Assembly (NCBI GenBank): GCA_963693365.1
Contig: CAVNZM010000001.1
Span: 12,612,161-12,676,160 of the forward strand
Length of the DNA: 64,000 bases
Reading direction: 5' to 3'
Source: Amoebidium appalachense
Taxonomy: Eukaryota; Protista; Ichthyosporea
Part shown: positions 21,741 through 34,596 of the stretch, in pieces
Position numbering within the stretch: the stretch's first letter is position 1
Layout of the letters: each line of letters starts with the position of its first letter
Translations under genes and position numbers: made by a program
Notes under the pieces: generated by a model
Told to the model about the DNA's origin: nothing
The model's database searches: none
What the model saw: only the letters and a program-made list of their open reading frames with translations

Positions 21741-23069
21741 GAAGGGCCATTCGTTCAGCAACTATGGGGGTGAAAGCTCTTGATAATTCGCACAGATCTA
21801 TTCGGACACTTTTGTCCTAATTAACCTATTTTTAGACGATCACGCTATTTCTAGCGCAGTTGCATAGTAACCAGGCCTCAAAAAGGTGAAAAACGTGAAA
21901 TTCACGTCATTTCGACTGTCATAGTAACATATATCATGTAGGGTCTCCGACACCATCTCTTGGGCGCATTTGGTCATCGAAGTTGGCGACCTTCTAAGAA
22001 AACACGTGGTTTTTCCGCTAAACCTTAATTTAAACTAATATAACTTTGGTTGTGTGTTTCTGGAGCGGCTAAGACCACTATGTGCTGCTAGCTAGAGATA
22101 TAGGCTAACGCATGCAAAAAACCCGACCACCTAATCTTAACTTGAATTCTGAGGCAACCTACCTAAGGTCCAACTTAGGGCACTTTTATCGAGAAAACCT
22201 TAGCCACACTGTCCCTCTTACCACCCGTTCTACTTAAGACAATGTTTACGACTTTTCTTCAATTTTCTGGCTAGTTAATGAGGAAAGTAAGTACGAAAGG
22301 TTTTAAACGTGGTTCTTCTTTACACTTGTTGCCACTAGTTCCAGTCCCTTCATATTGTAGAAAGACAAAATAAAGGAAGCTTATACCCCACGAAAGGTAT
22401 GCTCGATGTCGTGTTACGCCCTAGCGTGTATACGAACTACTCTAACTATCTGCACGCCTAAAGGGGCTTGAAACTGTGTATACGTATAAACTTTTCTTTG
22501 AGTTGGGTGGGAAGCGAGCAAAAACGTGTTCTTAGAAGAACTTCGAAAAGCCCGTTCGCCGCGACCCCGCGAGACACTTCACAGACACGCGGCCCACTGG
22601 CCAGACAAATACCACAGTGACATTCAGCCAATCACAACACTCCCTCCCCCACAGTTGCTTGCTACACGCACTCCACACCATTGGCTACCGCCACCTCAGA
22701 CACCCCTACAGCACTACAACACGTACACACCTTTACTCACAATACATATAGGCATACACACGCGCGAGCAGGCAACATGGGTCTCGCCAAGCACACAGCA
22801 AGAAGCAATACAACATATAACATGAAGAGTACGCAGAGGCATGGAGCATGCGCGCGCGCACCAAACAATCAGCCGCCGCTGCATCAGATTCTCCCCATAC
22901 CACTGAATAATCTCCCCATACTCCACTTAGACCCCGGAATCACTATGCAGGAAACCCCCGAAATTCACTCACCAAAAGACAAAATATAGAAGCAAACTAA
23001 TACGAATCAGCTCAGCACATGACACTCGAGACTCAAACCCAAAGCAGTCTGCAAAGTCTGCAACTTTAC

Positions 23070-23120
<51 letters not shown>

Positions 23121-23159
23121 TCTCTCTCTCACACCTACTGCTCCTGCTCTGGTTCTGCG

Positions 23160-24570
23160 GTGGCGTACCAGGTGCAGCTTGTAGCAGTTGCGATCTGAAA
23201 TTTTTGTAGCACAATGTCACACCGCACCTGCTGCACATCCAGCAGACCCTGCTGCGCTTGTATCCCTTTTGATCCGTGCGCACGCACATAACACAGTCGA
23301 GCCACTTGCCGGAACCAATAAGCACCGGGTGACAGTGCAAGAAAAGTGCTGACTAAGTTACGGCAAAAGTCCCTACTATTCTCGCCTGACTAGCAGAGTG
23401 TACACACTATAACTAACACGTACCTGGGCACACATGCATATGAATGAGAGTATACGTGGGTGATCAGGCCACTAAACTAACAGACATAAACACGTGCAGA
23501 GTGGTGCTGGGCAATGCACGATGCCACAGTGACACACAGCACTAACAGAGAGGGTAGTGTGGAGAGGTAGAAACACAGTTGCATGTTCTGTCAATATACG
23601 TCTAATTTATTATGCTCGATTCTCACCTATTTATCTGCCGCAGGCAGATTCCATGAATACAGATCTATCCAAAGGTATTTGCGCATCTGATTGGCAAATA
23701 CGATGAATACTATGAATCTGACCAATCATATAACGACACGTACATGAACGGAAATCAAACTGCATTCCCCTCATACGGTCCAATTGCAGACAAAACACCC
23801 GACTACACAGAAAACATGAAAAGCATGCACAACAATCGTCGGATGCGTGCTGAAGTTCCTCTCGCTATCGCCAACAGCTAAACTATGAATACCACACGTG
23901 CCTAATGAATAACAGAGGGCAAACAAGAGCATGCCGGACATGCTTATGAAATAAAGGGAGATAAAGCACAAAAAAACGATCGTATCTAACTATGTATGCT
24001 ATGTGCTCGTGCAACCTGTGTAAACCAAAGATGTGCAACTAATGAAGAATTGTGCTGTGCACGTGCGTGCGAAATGCATATGCCAACTCGTGCACTATTG
24101 TTGTATATTCTGGCAGACAGAGGTTGCTTCGTTTGGCGGTTGTGGTGTTTGTTGACAGCGAGTTTAGTATGCGCGCGCTTTGTTTGCTGGCTTGCAGAAG
24201 TGGGTTGTTGAGAAGTTCACCCGCAAGTTTTTGGCGCCACTGCTCGTTTGAAAGTGCATTCTTGTCCCCGTCTGCAATGAAATGCTTGTAGGCCAGGTAG
24301 GTGTTTACAAACACCATACCAACTAACCCAGCAAAGGTGCGGTGCCAGGGTGTGTGGGGGACCCATGCCTGCTCGAGTGAACTGTTCCCTTGCCGGAGCT
24401 TGTTGTGTACGTCTGCACTGTTGAAATATGTGAAGTATTCGCGCACTACTTTTGGCATGGGCACTTGTGTTCCGTTTTTTGTGATACGGGGAGCTCCTGC
24501 TTCCGTACTTCCTGCCGTCGTTACTACACGCATGCTGAAATCCTTATGCTGCCAACGTATGGGGGGGATG
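23160..24570 (-). pseudogene. piggyBac-like transposase C-terminal half, probably intron-split
   Basis: ~24190-24570 reads PKVVREYFTYFNSADVHNKLRQG..LEQAWVPHTPWHRTFAGLVGMVFVNTYLAY..WRQKLAGELLNNP (third catalytic-Asp region). ~23160-23350 reads CVMC...CWMCSRCGVTLC plus frameshifted NCYKLH (C-terminal cysteine-rich domain). Confidence 0.8.
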
Positions 24571-25476
24571 GGAGAGGGAGAGGGCGAGCCCCCCGCCCCC
24601 CTCCCCCCCCGGGCCCTCCCCCCTCCCCCCAATAAAAAGGATATATACGCCTTCGCACATCCCACAACTAGCTGAATCTCGCTCCGTGGTACTTCTTCTA
24701 CTTTCCTGTCAGTCGTAGTCTATGTGTACAAACCATTTATTGTTCTTTAATACTTGCACAGTTGTGCCTGTGAGCTGCTGTTTCGTTTCCCATTCTTCAC
24801 CAACCGCTCTTTACTCCAACGTTCATCATCGTTCCTGATGTCGTATCCTAATATATGTGTACTAGAGACGCGGCACTCTACTAAGTGTACACACACGAAA
24901 AGGAACGAACGTGTACAGAAAAACGGTAAAGTTTATTAAGACCAGGCTCCGACGGGCAAACTTAGATCCGTACGGATTGAGTCTAAGTTACGACTGAGGC
25001 CATCAAGGCCGTGCCCTCAAAGATCATCATCACCTGGCCCCCTACGATGCCACATTCCATTAACATTCCGATCTACTTTTATCTTGCGCCTGCACGAGCT
25101 AAGTCGATCTACTCAACTAATATATTTATCTATGTCTCACCCCTCACCCTCCCCCTAGTGGCACCGCAGAGTCTAAATCTACATTTCATACTATCCTCCC
25201 CCCCCCTCCCTCCCCCCCTTTCCTCTACATCTACATATATAAATACGTTTGGCAACACACTATCTAACCTTGCCAATACTTACAAAAGGGCTTCTGCCCG
25301 AACAATCACATTCCTAAGTCCTCCTACGATCTATCCTACACACTAATTAGAATTCTATTGGACGGCTGTCCCGGCTGACGTGGTCCAATGCCCTGCGCCG
25401 GCAGAGGCAAGATGCACGCAGCTGCCAGACAGCTATCTTGAGGCCTCGGTCTTGATCTTGATGATCTGTGGACCCG

Positions 25477-25507
<31 letters not shown>

Positions 25508-25753
25508 CCCCCCCCCCCGATCTCGATCGTAGACTTAGGCTAATCTGCTGAGACGGATTAGTATATGTCAACTCCCCCCCCGGCCCCCGGAAAAGCTGAG
25601 TCCCACCTCAGTCACATTACATCTAACACCCCCTAAAAAGACATAGACTAATCAGTCTCCCAAAAAAATTAAAATTAAATAAATTACGAAGAAAAATAAT
25701 AAATTAATCTACACCATAAGCTTGATACCTACGGAGACACCTATGATAATAAA

Positions 25754-27643
25754 TTAAATTCCTACGACTACGTTCACACTCCTCCTCGGTCTCCTCCCCC
25801 CCCCTCCCCCTCCCCCCGTGTGTCTACGTGTATTTGCATCACTCCCCCCCCCGGCCCCCTCCCCCGTCGACTTTTTCAAACCACGATTAAACTGAGGAAT
25901 AACTCTCTTTGGCCTAGAGGGAGCACTAGGCAACTCCCTCTGCACTAATCTAGCCTCATAAGCACGAATAGAAAACGGGCAATCCAAATGAAACTCAGGC
26001 AACCACTGATCTTCCTGATAACCTCCCTCAAAACGAATTAAATAATAATTTACCTTACCTTCCTTACCTTCGATAACCTTTTTATCCATAATTTTATCTA
26101 CTGCAGCCTCCGATACATCCACCGACCCGTCATAGTCGGGGGTGAATGCATCTAACACTCGACGGCCCTCCGGCCGTTTAACCCTAAGGGCCCTATCATA
26201 ATATTCCTTTATATCATCTACATTATAAAATCTAACATCACTCTCATTATCTAACCTCTGCACCTTATATTCCGTCGGACCTAACCTAGCCACTATTTTA
26301 TACGGGCCAATGAAAAGAGGCAACCATTTCTTACCATACTTACGAAGACCTTCACCTTCACCCTTACCTTCCTGCTCCTGCTTATATCTCTTTTTCCTAG
26401 TATGATCCCTAATTAAAACTAAAGTACCCTCGGCAAATTCACGTAACGGACGTGTGGACACGTCTGCACGTGTCTGTGCCTGCTGTGTACGGGCCAGAGC
26501 TGCATCACGTGCAGCCCGGGCCCGGGTTAGTAGCTGCTCCCGGAACTCAGTCCAGTGGGGATAGGTTAGTCGGTCAGCCCCCCCCATCGGCAAAAGTGCC
26601 GTATCTAACAAACTAATAGCCTCCTGCCCATAGACCAAATAAAACGGAGAAAAACCAGTCACAGCATGAGGGGTAGAATTATATGAATGAGCAATAAACC
26701 TAGACATATGATCCCAATCATTAGCCTCCACATCCACCATTTTGCCAAAGGACTTCTGAAACACTGCATGCACACGTTCAGAGATGGCATTTGCTTGAGG
26801 GTGATATGCAGACGTAGTGATATGAGCTACCCTTAAAATTTTACACACCTCCGACACCAACTGATTTAAAAACACACGACTCCTATCCGTTAACAAAACA
26901 CGAGGACAACCAAACCTAAGACAAATTTCATCCACAAAAATACGAGCAAACAAAACGGCATTAGCAGTGGGGAGAGGAAAAACTTCAACCCAACGAGTGG
27001 CCACATCGGTGACGGTAACAAGAACAGTGTTACCCTCAACCGTAGAATTAAAAGGACCGACCACATCCACTGCTACCCTTTCAAACATACGAACATTAAA
27101 ATCCCTAATAAACGACGGGCGGGAACGAGAGTGGGGACTCTCATTCCTTTCCTGACAATGCATGCATGACAACACATAATCCCTCACCTCCCTACTCATA
27201 CCCGGCCAAAAATACGAACGATTAACACGAAGCAACGTCCTATTTACACCTAAATGACCAGCCATGGGATGCTCATGCACCATATGCAAAACCTCAGGCA
27301 CAAGTGCCGTCGGGACCCAAACTCGGTGTCCGTCTGGCCCAGAACAATGATAAACTAAATCCTGCTCTACCTGACACATTTTTGCTAACTTAGCTACCTT
27401 AATCATCTGCCTTTTATTTTTAAATTTAATCGAATCAACCGGCCCCTTTAAATAATTCTTAACCAGACCAATCAACACATCATCCTCCTGAGCTAAGATC
27501 AAAGCCGTAGGTGCTAAGGCAGGGGCCGAGCCATGAGACTCGGTCCCGACCTCAGACACTGACAAATACCTCCCCCCCCCCTCTCCTACACTTATAAGCA
27601 AGCAACCCCGGAACCCAAGAAGACACATCCACAGACACAGCAT
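25754..27643 (-). CDS. Gypsy A integrase with C-terminal chromodomain
   Basis: HEHPMAGHLG...CMHCQ (HHCC), VAVDVVGP, LTDR, YHPQANAISER, GPY motif, and chromodomain VDKIMDKK...YYLIRFEGGYQEDQWLPEFHLDCP. Confidence 0.92.
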   Translation of the reverse strand: MLCLWMCLLGFRGCLLISVGEGGGRYLSVSEVGTESHGSAPALAPTALILAQEDDVLIGLVKNYLKGPVDSIKFKNKRQMIKVAKLAKMCQVEQDLVYHCSGPDGHRVWVPTALVPEVLHMVHEHPMAGHLGVNRTLLRVNRSYFWPGMSREVRDYVLSCMHCQERNESPHSRSRPSFIRDFNVRMFERVAVDVVGPFNSTVEGNTVLVTVTDVATRWVEVFPLPTANAVLFARIFVDEICLRFGCPRVLLTDRSRVFLNQLVSEVCKILRVAHITTSAYHPQANAISERVHAVFQKSFGKMVDVEANDWDHMSRFIAHSYNSTPHAVTGFSPFYLVYGQEAISLLDTALLPMGGADRLTYPHWTEFREQLLTRARAARDAALARTQQAQTRADVSTRPLREFAEGTLVLIRDHTRKKRYKQEQEGKGEGEGLRKYGKKWLPLFIGPYKIVARLGPTEYKVQRLDNESDVRFYNVDDIKEYYDRALRVKRPEGRRVLDAFTPDYDGSVDVSEAAVDKIMDKKVIEGKEGKVNYYLIRFEGGYQEDQWLPEFHLDCPFSIRAYEARLVQRELPSAPSRPKRVIPQFNRGLKKSTGEGAGGGSDANTRRHTGGGGGGGRRPRRSVNVVVGI

Positions 27644-28805
27644 CTATTCCTTTCTGCTCACTCTCCCCCCCTTCCCCCCTCCCCCCCCCCGTCTCTCACT
27701 ATCCCCCCTCCCCCTCCTTCTCTTCGTCAAACAAAATATAAGCAGCACGAGAGAGAGCATCACAGTCAACCATTGTTTCACCCTTGGCATAAAACAATTT
27801 ATAGGAGAACTCACCGAGAGCCGCGGCCCACTTCTGCATCCTCTCGTTGACCAGACGAGTGGTGCCGGCCATGGCTAGGCAGGGCTTGTGGTCGGTGTAG
27901 ACCTCAAACGTCCTGCCTGCGAGTATGCAATGTGCTTGGTCCGGTGCTTGATGGTGTTGGAGTGGACCAGAGCAATGGTGGATGACATATACTAATCCGT
28001 CTCAGCAGATTAGCCTAAGTCTACGATCGAGATCGGGGGGGGGGGGGGGGGGGGGGGGGGTGGCCCGGGTCCACAGATCATCAAGATCAAGTCCGGGGCC
28101 TCAAGATAGCTGTACAGCTGCGTGCATCATCTTGCCTCTGCCGGCGCAGGGCATTGGACCACGTCAGCCGGGACAGCCGTCCCTAGTAGAATTCTAATTA
28201 GTGTGTAGGATAGATCGTAGGAGGACTTAGGAATGTGATTGTTCGGGCAGAAGCCCTTTTGTAAGTATTGGCAAGGTTAGATAGTGTAGTGTATGTTGCC
28301 AAACGTATTTACTATATATGTAGATGTAGAGGAAAGGGGGGGAGGGAGGGGGGGGGAGGATAGTATGAAATGTAGATTTAGACTCTGCGGTGCCACTAGG
28401 GGGAGGGTGAGGGGTGAGACTTGGATAAATATATTAGTTGAGTAGATCGACTTAGCTCGTGCAGGCGCACGATAAAAGTAGATCGGAATGTTAATGGAAT
28501 GTGGCATCGTAGGGGGCCAGGTGATGATGATCTTGTAGGGCACGGCCTTGATGGCCTCAGTCGTAACTTAGACTCATTCCGTTCGGATCTAAGTTTGCCC
28601 GTCGGAGCCTGGTCTTAATAAACTTTACCGTTTTTCTGTACACGTTCGTTCCTTTTCGTGTGTGTACACTTAGTAGAGTGCCGCGTCTCTAGTACACATA
28701 CATTAGGATACGACAAGCTACACCTTTCTTTTAGTGCGGTTTTTCGCGCTAGGGTAACGCGGTGACAGTTCCTTCTGGGCTGTTGCTACACCTCAAACAC
28801 ACAGG

Positions 28806-28838
<33 letters not shown>

Positions 28839-28866
28839 ATAAACACAACCACCCGAACACCACACA

Positions 28867-29100
28867 ATGGCTAAGTTTAACGTAGACATGTTCTACGCAT
28901 TGGCAGCGGAGGATAGCTCCCTGCACACACAGATACCACAGGTTCACACACTAGCTATAGACGCCAGAAACACAACAGCTTTTAGTTTACACTCAAACAC
29001 CAGCGGTCGTGGGCGTGGTGGACGTAGCGGACAGCAGCAGCAGTTCGACGAGGGGCATCGTCGTGGGTCCTCAAGACAGCGTCGAGGTGGTATGGCATGA
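28867..29100 (+). pseudogene. Gypsy B internally deleted gag
   Basis: Starts MAKFNVDMFYALAAEDSSLHTQ like A gag (41209, minus strand). Similarity ends after ACACTCAAACAC (~29000) and jumps to an RG-rich tail. Confidence 0.75.
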
Positions 29101-32100
29101 ATGTTTGTGGGGTGACTCTACCAAAGGTATGAATGGTGTGAATGTTTTGTGGTTGGGGGAGGTTCCCCAGCCACAAGTGGATGGTCTCAGTGTTTCTTGT
29201 CCCAACCCGGTGTTTGTTCTAACCACACCGGAGGGGGTTTCTGTGCCATTGTTTCCGGGAGGGGGGGGGACACACACGAGTAAAGGGGGAAGGGGGGGGA
29301 AGGCACAGACACGTAGAAACACACCACCACAACAACATACGACGGTTGCAGACACACCTACACCCACACACACACCCACACATACACCAAACACACACAC
29401 ACCACCCACCCACACACCACACACACACACTCCACCACCACCCACATCACATACACACCCCACCCCACCCGTGCAGGCACCACAGGTAGGTATGTTGCAC
29501 GTAGGTATCGAGGGTGTGAGTCTTCGTGGGCAGGGATTGGGTGTGAGTGATGATGTGTTGCTTGAATTGGAGGAGGATTTAGTTGGTTTTAGCCGGCATT
29601 ATATAGACGTATGGTTAGCTGATGGTAAGTTGAAGGCTGTTGCTTTGCTCGATGGAGGGGCTCAGGTTAATTGTGTGCATGCTTCGTTTATTCGTCGTTT
29701 TAATCAGGCCGGGGGGGAAATTCCTATTTTAGATGCTTCTAGCACAGCCTTAGGTAGTGCTAATAATAGTAGTATGTCTGTGGAAGGTGTTTGTGTGTTG
29801 CCGTGTGAGATAGGTGGCCAGGCTATGCATGTTGCTTGTTATGTGGTTAAGGATTTAGCTCAAAGTGTTTTGTTGGGAGCCCCATTTTTCCGTAGACATG
29901 TGAATGCTTTGTTTGAACGTACGAATGTTTTAGAATTGCAGTCCGGCGTTAAAATTAAAACCCATGATGGGCTCGACGGTTATCAGTCTGGTGCTAGAAC
30001 GGTAGCTGAAGTAGTAATCGAGCCTTATCAGTGCCAAACGGTACGTGTCCGGGCCGGCAATCATGTTAGGATAGGGGATTTAGGGGTTTTTACTCCGAAA
30101 ACCCCATTTCAGGAGGTGGCCCAATGGACCCTTAGTAGGGTATGGCCGGATAAGACAATAGAAATAGAATTAGTGAATCCGGGCATCGAGCCTATAGTGA
30201 TTAGGTCAGGTGTTTCCGTCGGTAGTTTCACTAATGAGATTGGTAGTATAGAGGTCTCTCTTATTACCCAAAAGGAGGATGCCGGCTCGAAGGGTGACTC
30301 AGGAGGAGGGGGAACAACTTTATTTAACGTTAGCCACCAAAATGTCACCCGACACGATGGGGGGGGGGACCGGGACAGCACCGGTCCCACTCCCCCGACC
30401 CCCAAGAGGAAGGAGGGTCACCCCGGGTGTGAGAATGTGCAGGCAGGGGGGGAGGGTGTTGGTCTAACCCGTGGATCGGACGGGTTAACCAACACCGTGG
30501 GGGGCAGGGTGGCCACAGACCTGGCCCCCCACATACATGCACTAACTCATCAGGAATTGCCCGGGGGCATTGGTGTGCCGGGGGGAGGGGGGGGTGCTAA
30601 GGGTGACCGCCTATATCCGGAGGTACCTCAACCTCACCCCGAGCAGCACCGATGTAATACAGGAGGTGAAATGTTAAGTGGCACTCCGGTGAATAAGGAT
30701 GCATCCACTTGTGATGGGGGTAACCCGGAGTTAGTATTGCCGTTTGGTATGAAGGAGGGGGATTGGACGGTAGAACAGAAAAAATTGCTAGCTAAGTTAT
30801 TTGATAGGACTCGGTTTGCATTTCTGGCCGATGATAACGAAGTAGGCTTCGTTAAAGGGTTTGAAATGCAGATCGACACAGGTGATAATAGGCCGGTAGT
30901 GATGCCTAGCTATAGAATGGAGCAGTATAAATTGTCGGATGCGCTAATAATAGTGAGTGATATGTTAAAAAAGGGTCATGTGGAGCATAGTTCGAGTCCG
31001 TGGAGAAGTCCGGTGCTATTGGTTAAGAAGCCCGACGGGTCTTGGCGTCTAGTGAACGATTACAGGGCTCTGAATCGGATCACTAAGGCAGACCAATGGC
31101 CTCTCCCTAACATAGACGAGCAGCTCTCACAGCTGCACGGCTATACTCACTTTGCTAAACTTGATTTAAAAGCAGCTTTTTGGCAGATAAGGTTGGAGGA
31201 GAGCAGCAAGGAGAAGACTGCCTTTGCACTGGGTGACCAGCTGTTCCAGTACAAGGTGGTGCCGATGGGTTTGCTCTCCTCTCCAGCTATGTTGTGCCGG
31301 GTAATGTATAAAATTCTCCACCCTCATTTGGATGTATGCCACCCTTATTTGGATGATGTTTTAATTAAAGGTAGGTCATTTGAGGAGTTAGTTAATAATT
31401 GTGAAAAAGTATTTTTAGCTTTGGGTGAGTCTGGTCTTCGTATTAGCGGTAGCAAGACTGTGATTGGTGTGCCGGAGGTTAAGTTTTTAGGTCATATTGT
31501 GTCTAGTAATGGTCTTTCCCCTGATCCGGAGAAAATCCGGGCCATAGTTGAGTGGCCCCGTCCTCAGACTGTCACTCAACTAAGGCAATTTTTAGGTTTA
31601 ACTAATTATCTTCGTCGTTATATTAAGGATTATAGTATGCTTGCTTTGCCGTTAACTAGTCAGACGGGGGGGGAGAAGAAGAATAGAATAGATTGGAATG
31701 TTGATGCTGTTTCTGCTTTCGAAAAGCTTAAGTTAGCTTTGCAGTCTTCGAGTATGCTTGTTCATCCTGATTTTTCGGCCGGGGGGGGATGTTTAAAGTT
31801 CGGTGTGATGCAAGTAAGGTTGCTGAGGGGGCCGTGTTATATCAAGTGCAGGAGGGGCAGGATAGAGTGATTGCTTATGCTAGTCGTTCATTTAGTAAAA
31901 GTGCACGTAGATATAGCAATCCGGAGAGAGAGTCCCATGCTATCTTTTGGGCAGTCTCACAGGCATGGAGGTATATACTCGCAGGCAGGACGTTTGAGGT
32001 CTACACCGACCACAAGCCCTGCCTAGCCATGGCCGGCACCACTCGTCTGGTCAACGAGAGGATGCAGAAGTGGGCTGCGGCTCTCGGTGAGTTCTCCTAT

Positions 32101-33693
32101 AAATTGTTTTATGCCAAGGGTGAAACAATGGTTGACTGTGATGCTCTCTCTCGTGCTGCTTATATTTTGTTTGAAGAAGAGAAGGAGGGGGAGGGGGGGG
32201 GGCTAGTGAGAGACGGGGGGGGGAGGGGGGGAAGGGGGGGAGAGTGAGCAGAAAGGAATAGATGCTGTGTCTGTTGATGTTTCTTCTTGGGCTCCGGGGT
32301 TGCTTGCTTATAAGTGTAGGGGAGGGGGGGGAGGTATTTGTCAGTGTCTGAGGTCGGGACCGAGTCTCATGGCTCGGCCCCTGCCTTAGCACCTACGGCT
32401 TTGATCTTAGCTCAGGAGGAAGATGTGTTGATTGGTCTGGTTAAGAATTATTTAAAGGGGCTGGTTGATTCGATTAAATTTAAAAATAAAAGGCAGCTGA
32501 TTAAGGTAGCTAAGTTAGCAAAAATGTGTCAGGTAGAGCAGGATTTAGTTTATCATTGTTCTGGGCCAGACGGACACCGAGTTTGGGTCCCGACGGCACT
32601 TGTGCCTGAGGTTTTGCATATGGTGCATGAGCATCCCATGGCTGGTCATTTAGGTGTAAATAGGACGTTGCTTCGTGTTAATCGTTCGTATTTTTGGCCG
32701 GGTATGAGTAGGGAGGTGAGGGATTATGTGTTGTCATGCATGCATTGTCAGGAAAGGAATGAGAGTCCCCACTCTCGTTCCCGCCCGTCGTTTATTAGGG
32801 ATTTTAATGTTCGTATGTTTGAAAGGGTAGCAGTGGATGTGGTCGGTCCTTTTAATTCTACGGTTGAGGGTAACACTGTTCTTGTTACCGTCACCGATGT
32901 GGCCACTCGTTGGGTTGAAGTTTTTCCTCTCCCCACTGCTAATGCCGTTTTGTTTGCTCGTATTTTTGTGGATGAAATTTGTCTTAGGTTTGGTTGTCCT
33001 CGTGTTTTGTTAACGGATAGGAGTCGTGTGTTTTTAAATCAGTTGGTGTCGGAGGTGTGTAAAATTTTAAGGGTAGCTCATATCACTACGTCTGCATATC
33101 ACCCTCAAGCAAATGCCATCTCTGAACGTGTGCATGCAGTGTTTCAGAAGTCCTTTGGCAAAATGGTGGATGTGGAGGCTAATGATTGGGATCATATGTC
33201 TAGGTTTATTGCTCATTCGTATAATTCTACCCCTCATGCTGTGACTGGTTTTTCTCCGTTTTATTTGGTCTATGGGCAGGAGGCTATTAGTTTGTTAGAT
33301 ACGGCACTTTTGCCGATGGGGGGGACTGACCGACTAACTTATCCCCACTGGACTGAGTTCCGGGAGCAGCTACTAACCCGGGCCCGGGCTGCACGTGATG
33401 CAGCTCTGGCCCGTACACAGCAGGCACAGGCACGTACAGACGTATGCACACCTCCGTTACGTGAATTTGCCGAGGGTACTTTAGTTTTAATTAGGGATCA
33501 TACTAGGAAAAAGAGATATAAGCAGGAGCAGGAAGGTAAGGGTGAAGGTGAAGGTCTTCGTAAGTATGGTAAGAAATGGTTGCCTCTTTTTATCGGTCCG
33601 TATAAAATAGTGGCTAGGTTAGGTCCGACGGAATATAAGGTGCAGAGGTTAGATAATGGGAGTGTTGTAATACGTAGTATTTACATATGGTAA
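29009..33693 (+). CDS. Gypsy B pol (protease, RT, RNase H, integrase), broken at G-homopolymer frameshifts
   Basis: LLDGGAQVN protease; KKPDGSWRLVNDYRALN, LDLKAAFWQ, PMGL, YLDD (RT); CDASK...YASR...YTDHKP (RNase H, 31789-32247); integrase 32338-33657, nearly identical to that of A. Confidence 0.92.
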
Positions 33694-34596
33694 GATCTTC
33701 TCAGTTTGTGTTATGTTTCAGTTCATATGCTTAGTGTATATGCCACACTCCTATTATGTAAAGTGTAGCATCGATCTCCGATATGCTTGTATACTTGTAA
33801 TCGTGTTGTATCGGCTTTAATCGTGTGTTGTAATATCGATTAGAATATTTATATGTGTGTACACGGATCCACCCACTCAGGGAGAGACGTGTACATGTTC
33901 GTGTGTACATAAATATCTCTGGTTATAGTTATGCTATTACTATCTTGTTTGTTGATCTGTGCTCTCTTTTCCTTCCTCTTTCTCCTTCCTTATTTTCTTT
34001 TCTTTCTCTCCTTGTCTTCATGTGTATAATCGTATTTCTTTTCTACTAATATACGTTGAGTAGATTTATATTACTCGTTATGTTTTGATTGGTAGAAAAA
34101 CACTTAGGTTACACTTTAGCTTGTCAGGTATGATTCATAGCTTAGTCAACCACTTTTGTTTTGTGTGTTGCCGTACTATATCCAATCAGTGGACTTAGTC
34201 AGAAAATGTCTGAGTCTTTGTAGCCGATGATAGGTTAGAAACATCACCTCTTTCCTCGTTACTCTTCACCTCATTTCTTTCTTATAGCTGTGACCTATGG
34301 TGTGCGTTCCTGTGTCTCCGGATCTATCCGGGAAATAATCAGTTAATTGTGATTGGTTATTTTAGACATAGATCTGATTTCCGACTGGTCGGAAATCATG
34401 TATGGATTTAACTTAAGGGAATTTCAGGTATTTATTCGAGATCAAAATAAATTGAGTTTAGTCGTGTCTAAACATTGATGTCTGTTGTGTACACTGCTCC
34501 GATCGTTCCGTGTTTTGTTGTTGTGTGTGTCTGTGGTGTTTTCACACTGCACCACTGTGTCTCTGCTTACATCCCAAATACTTATACAATTTAACA
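33663..34596 (+). mobile_element. solo LTR (934 bp), probably of a Copia 2-related family
   Basis: TGTTGTAATACGT...TTTAACA flanked by 5-bp TSD GGGAG (33658-33662 and 34597-34601). The start resembles the Copia 2 LTR (TGTTGGAATACGT), and both share TTAGTCGTGT...CTGCTCC near the 3' end. Confidence 0.88.

Noticed and set aside
25011-25571. Repeated small ORFs (MPSKIIITWPP..., MTYTNPSQQ...) seen four to five times
   Set aside because: They recur only because they lie in copies of the same Gypsy LTR; there is no evidence of coding.
31770-32340. Programmed frameshifts in Gypsy B pol
   Set aside because: All shifts fall in G homopolymers, so sequencing error or slippage mutation is more likely.
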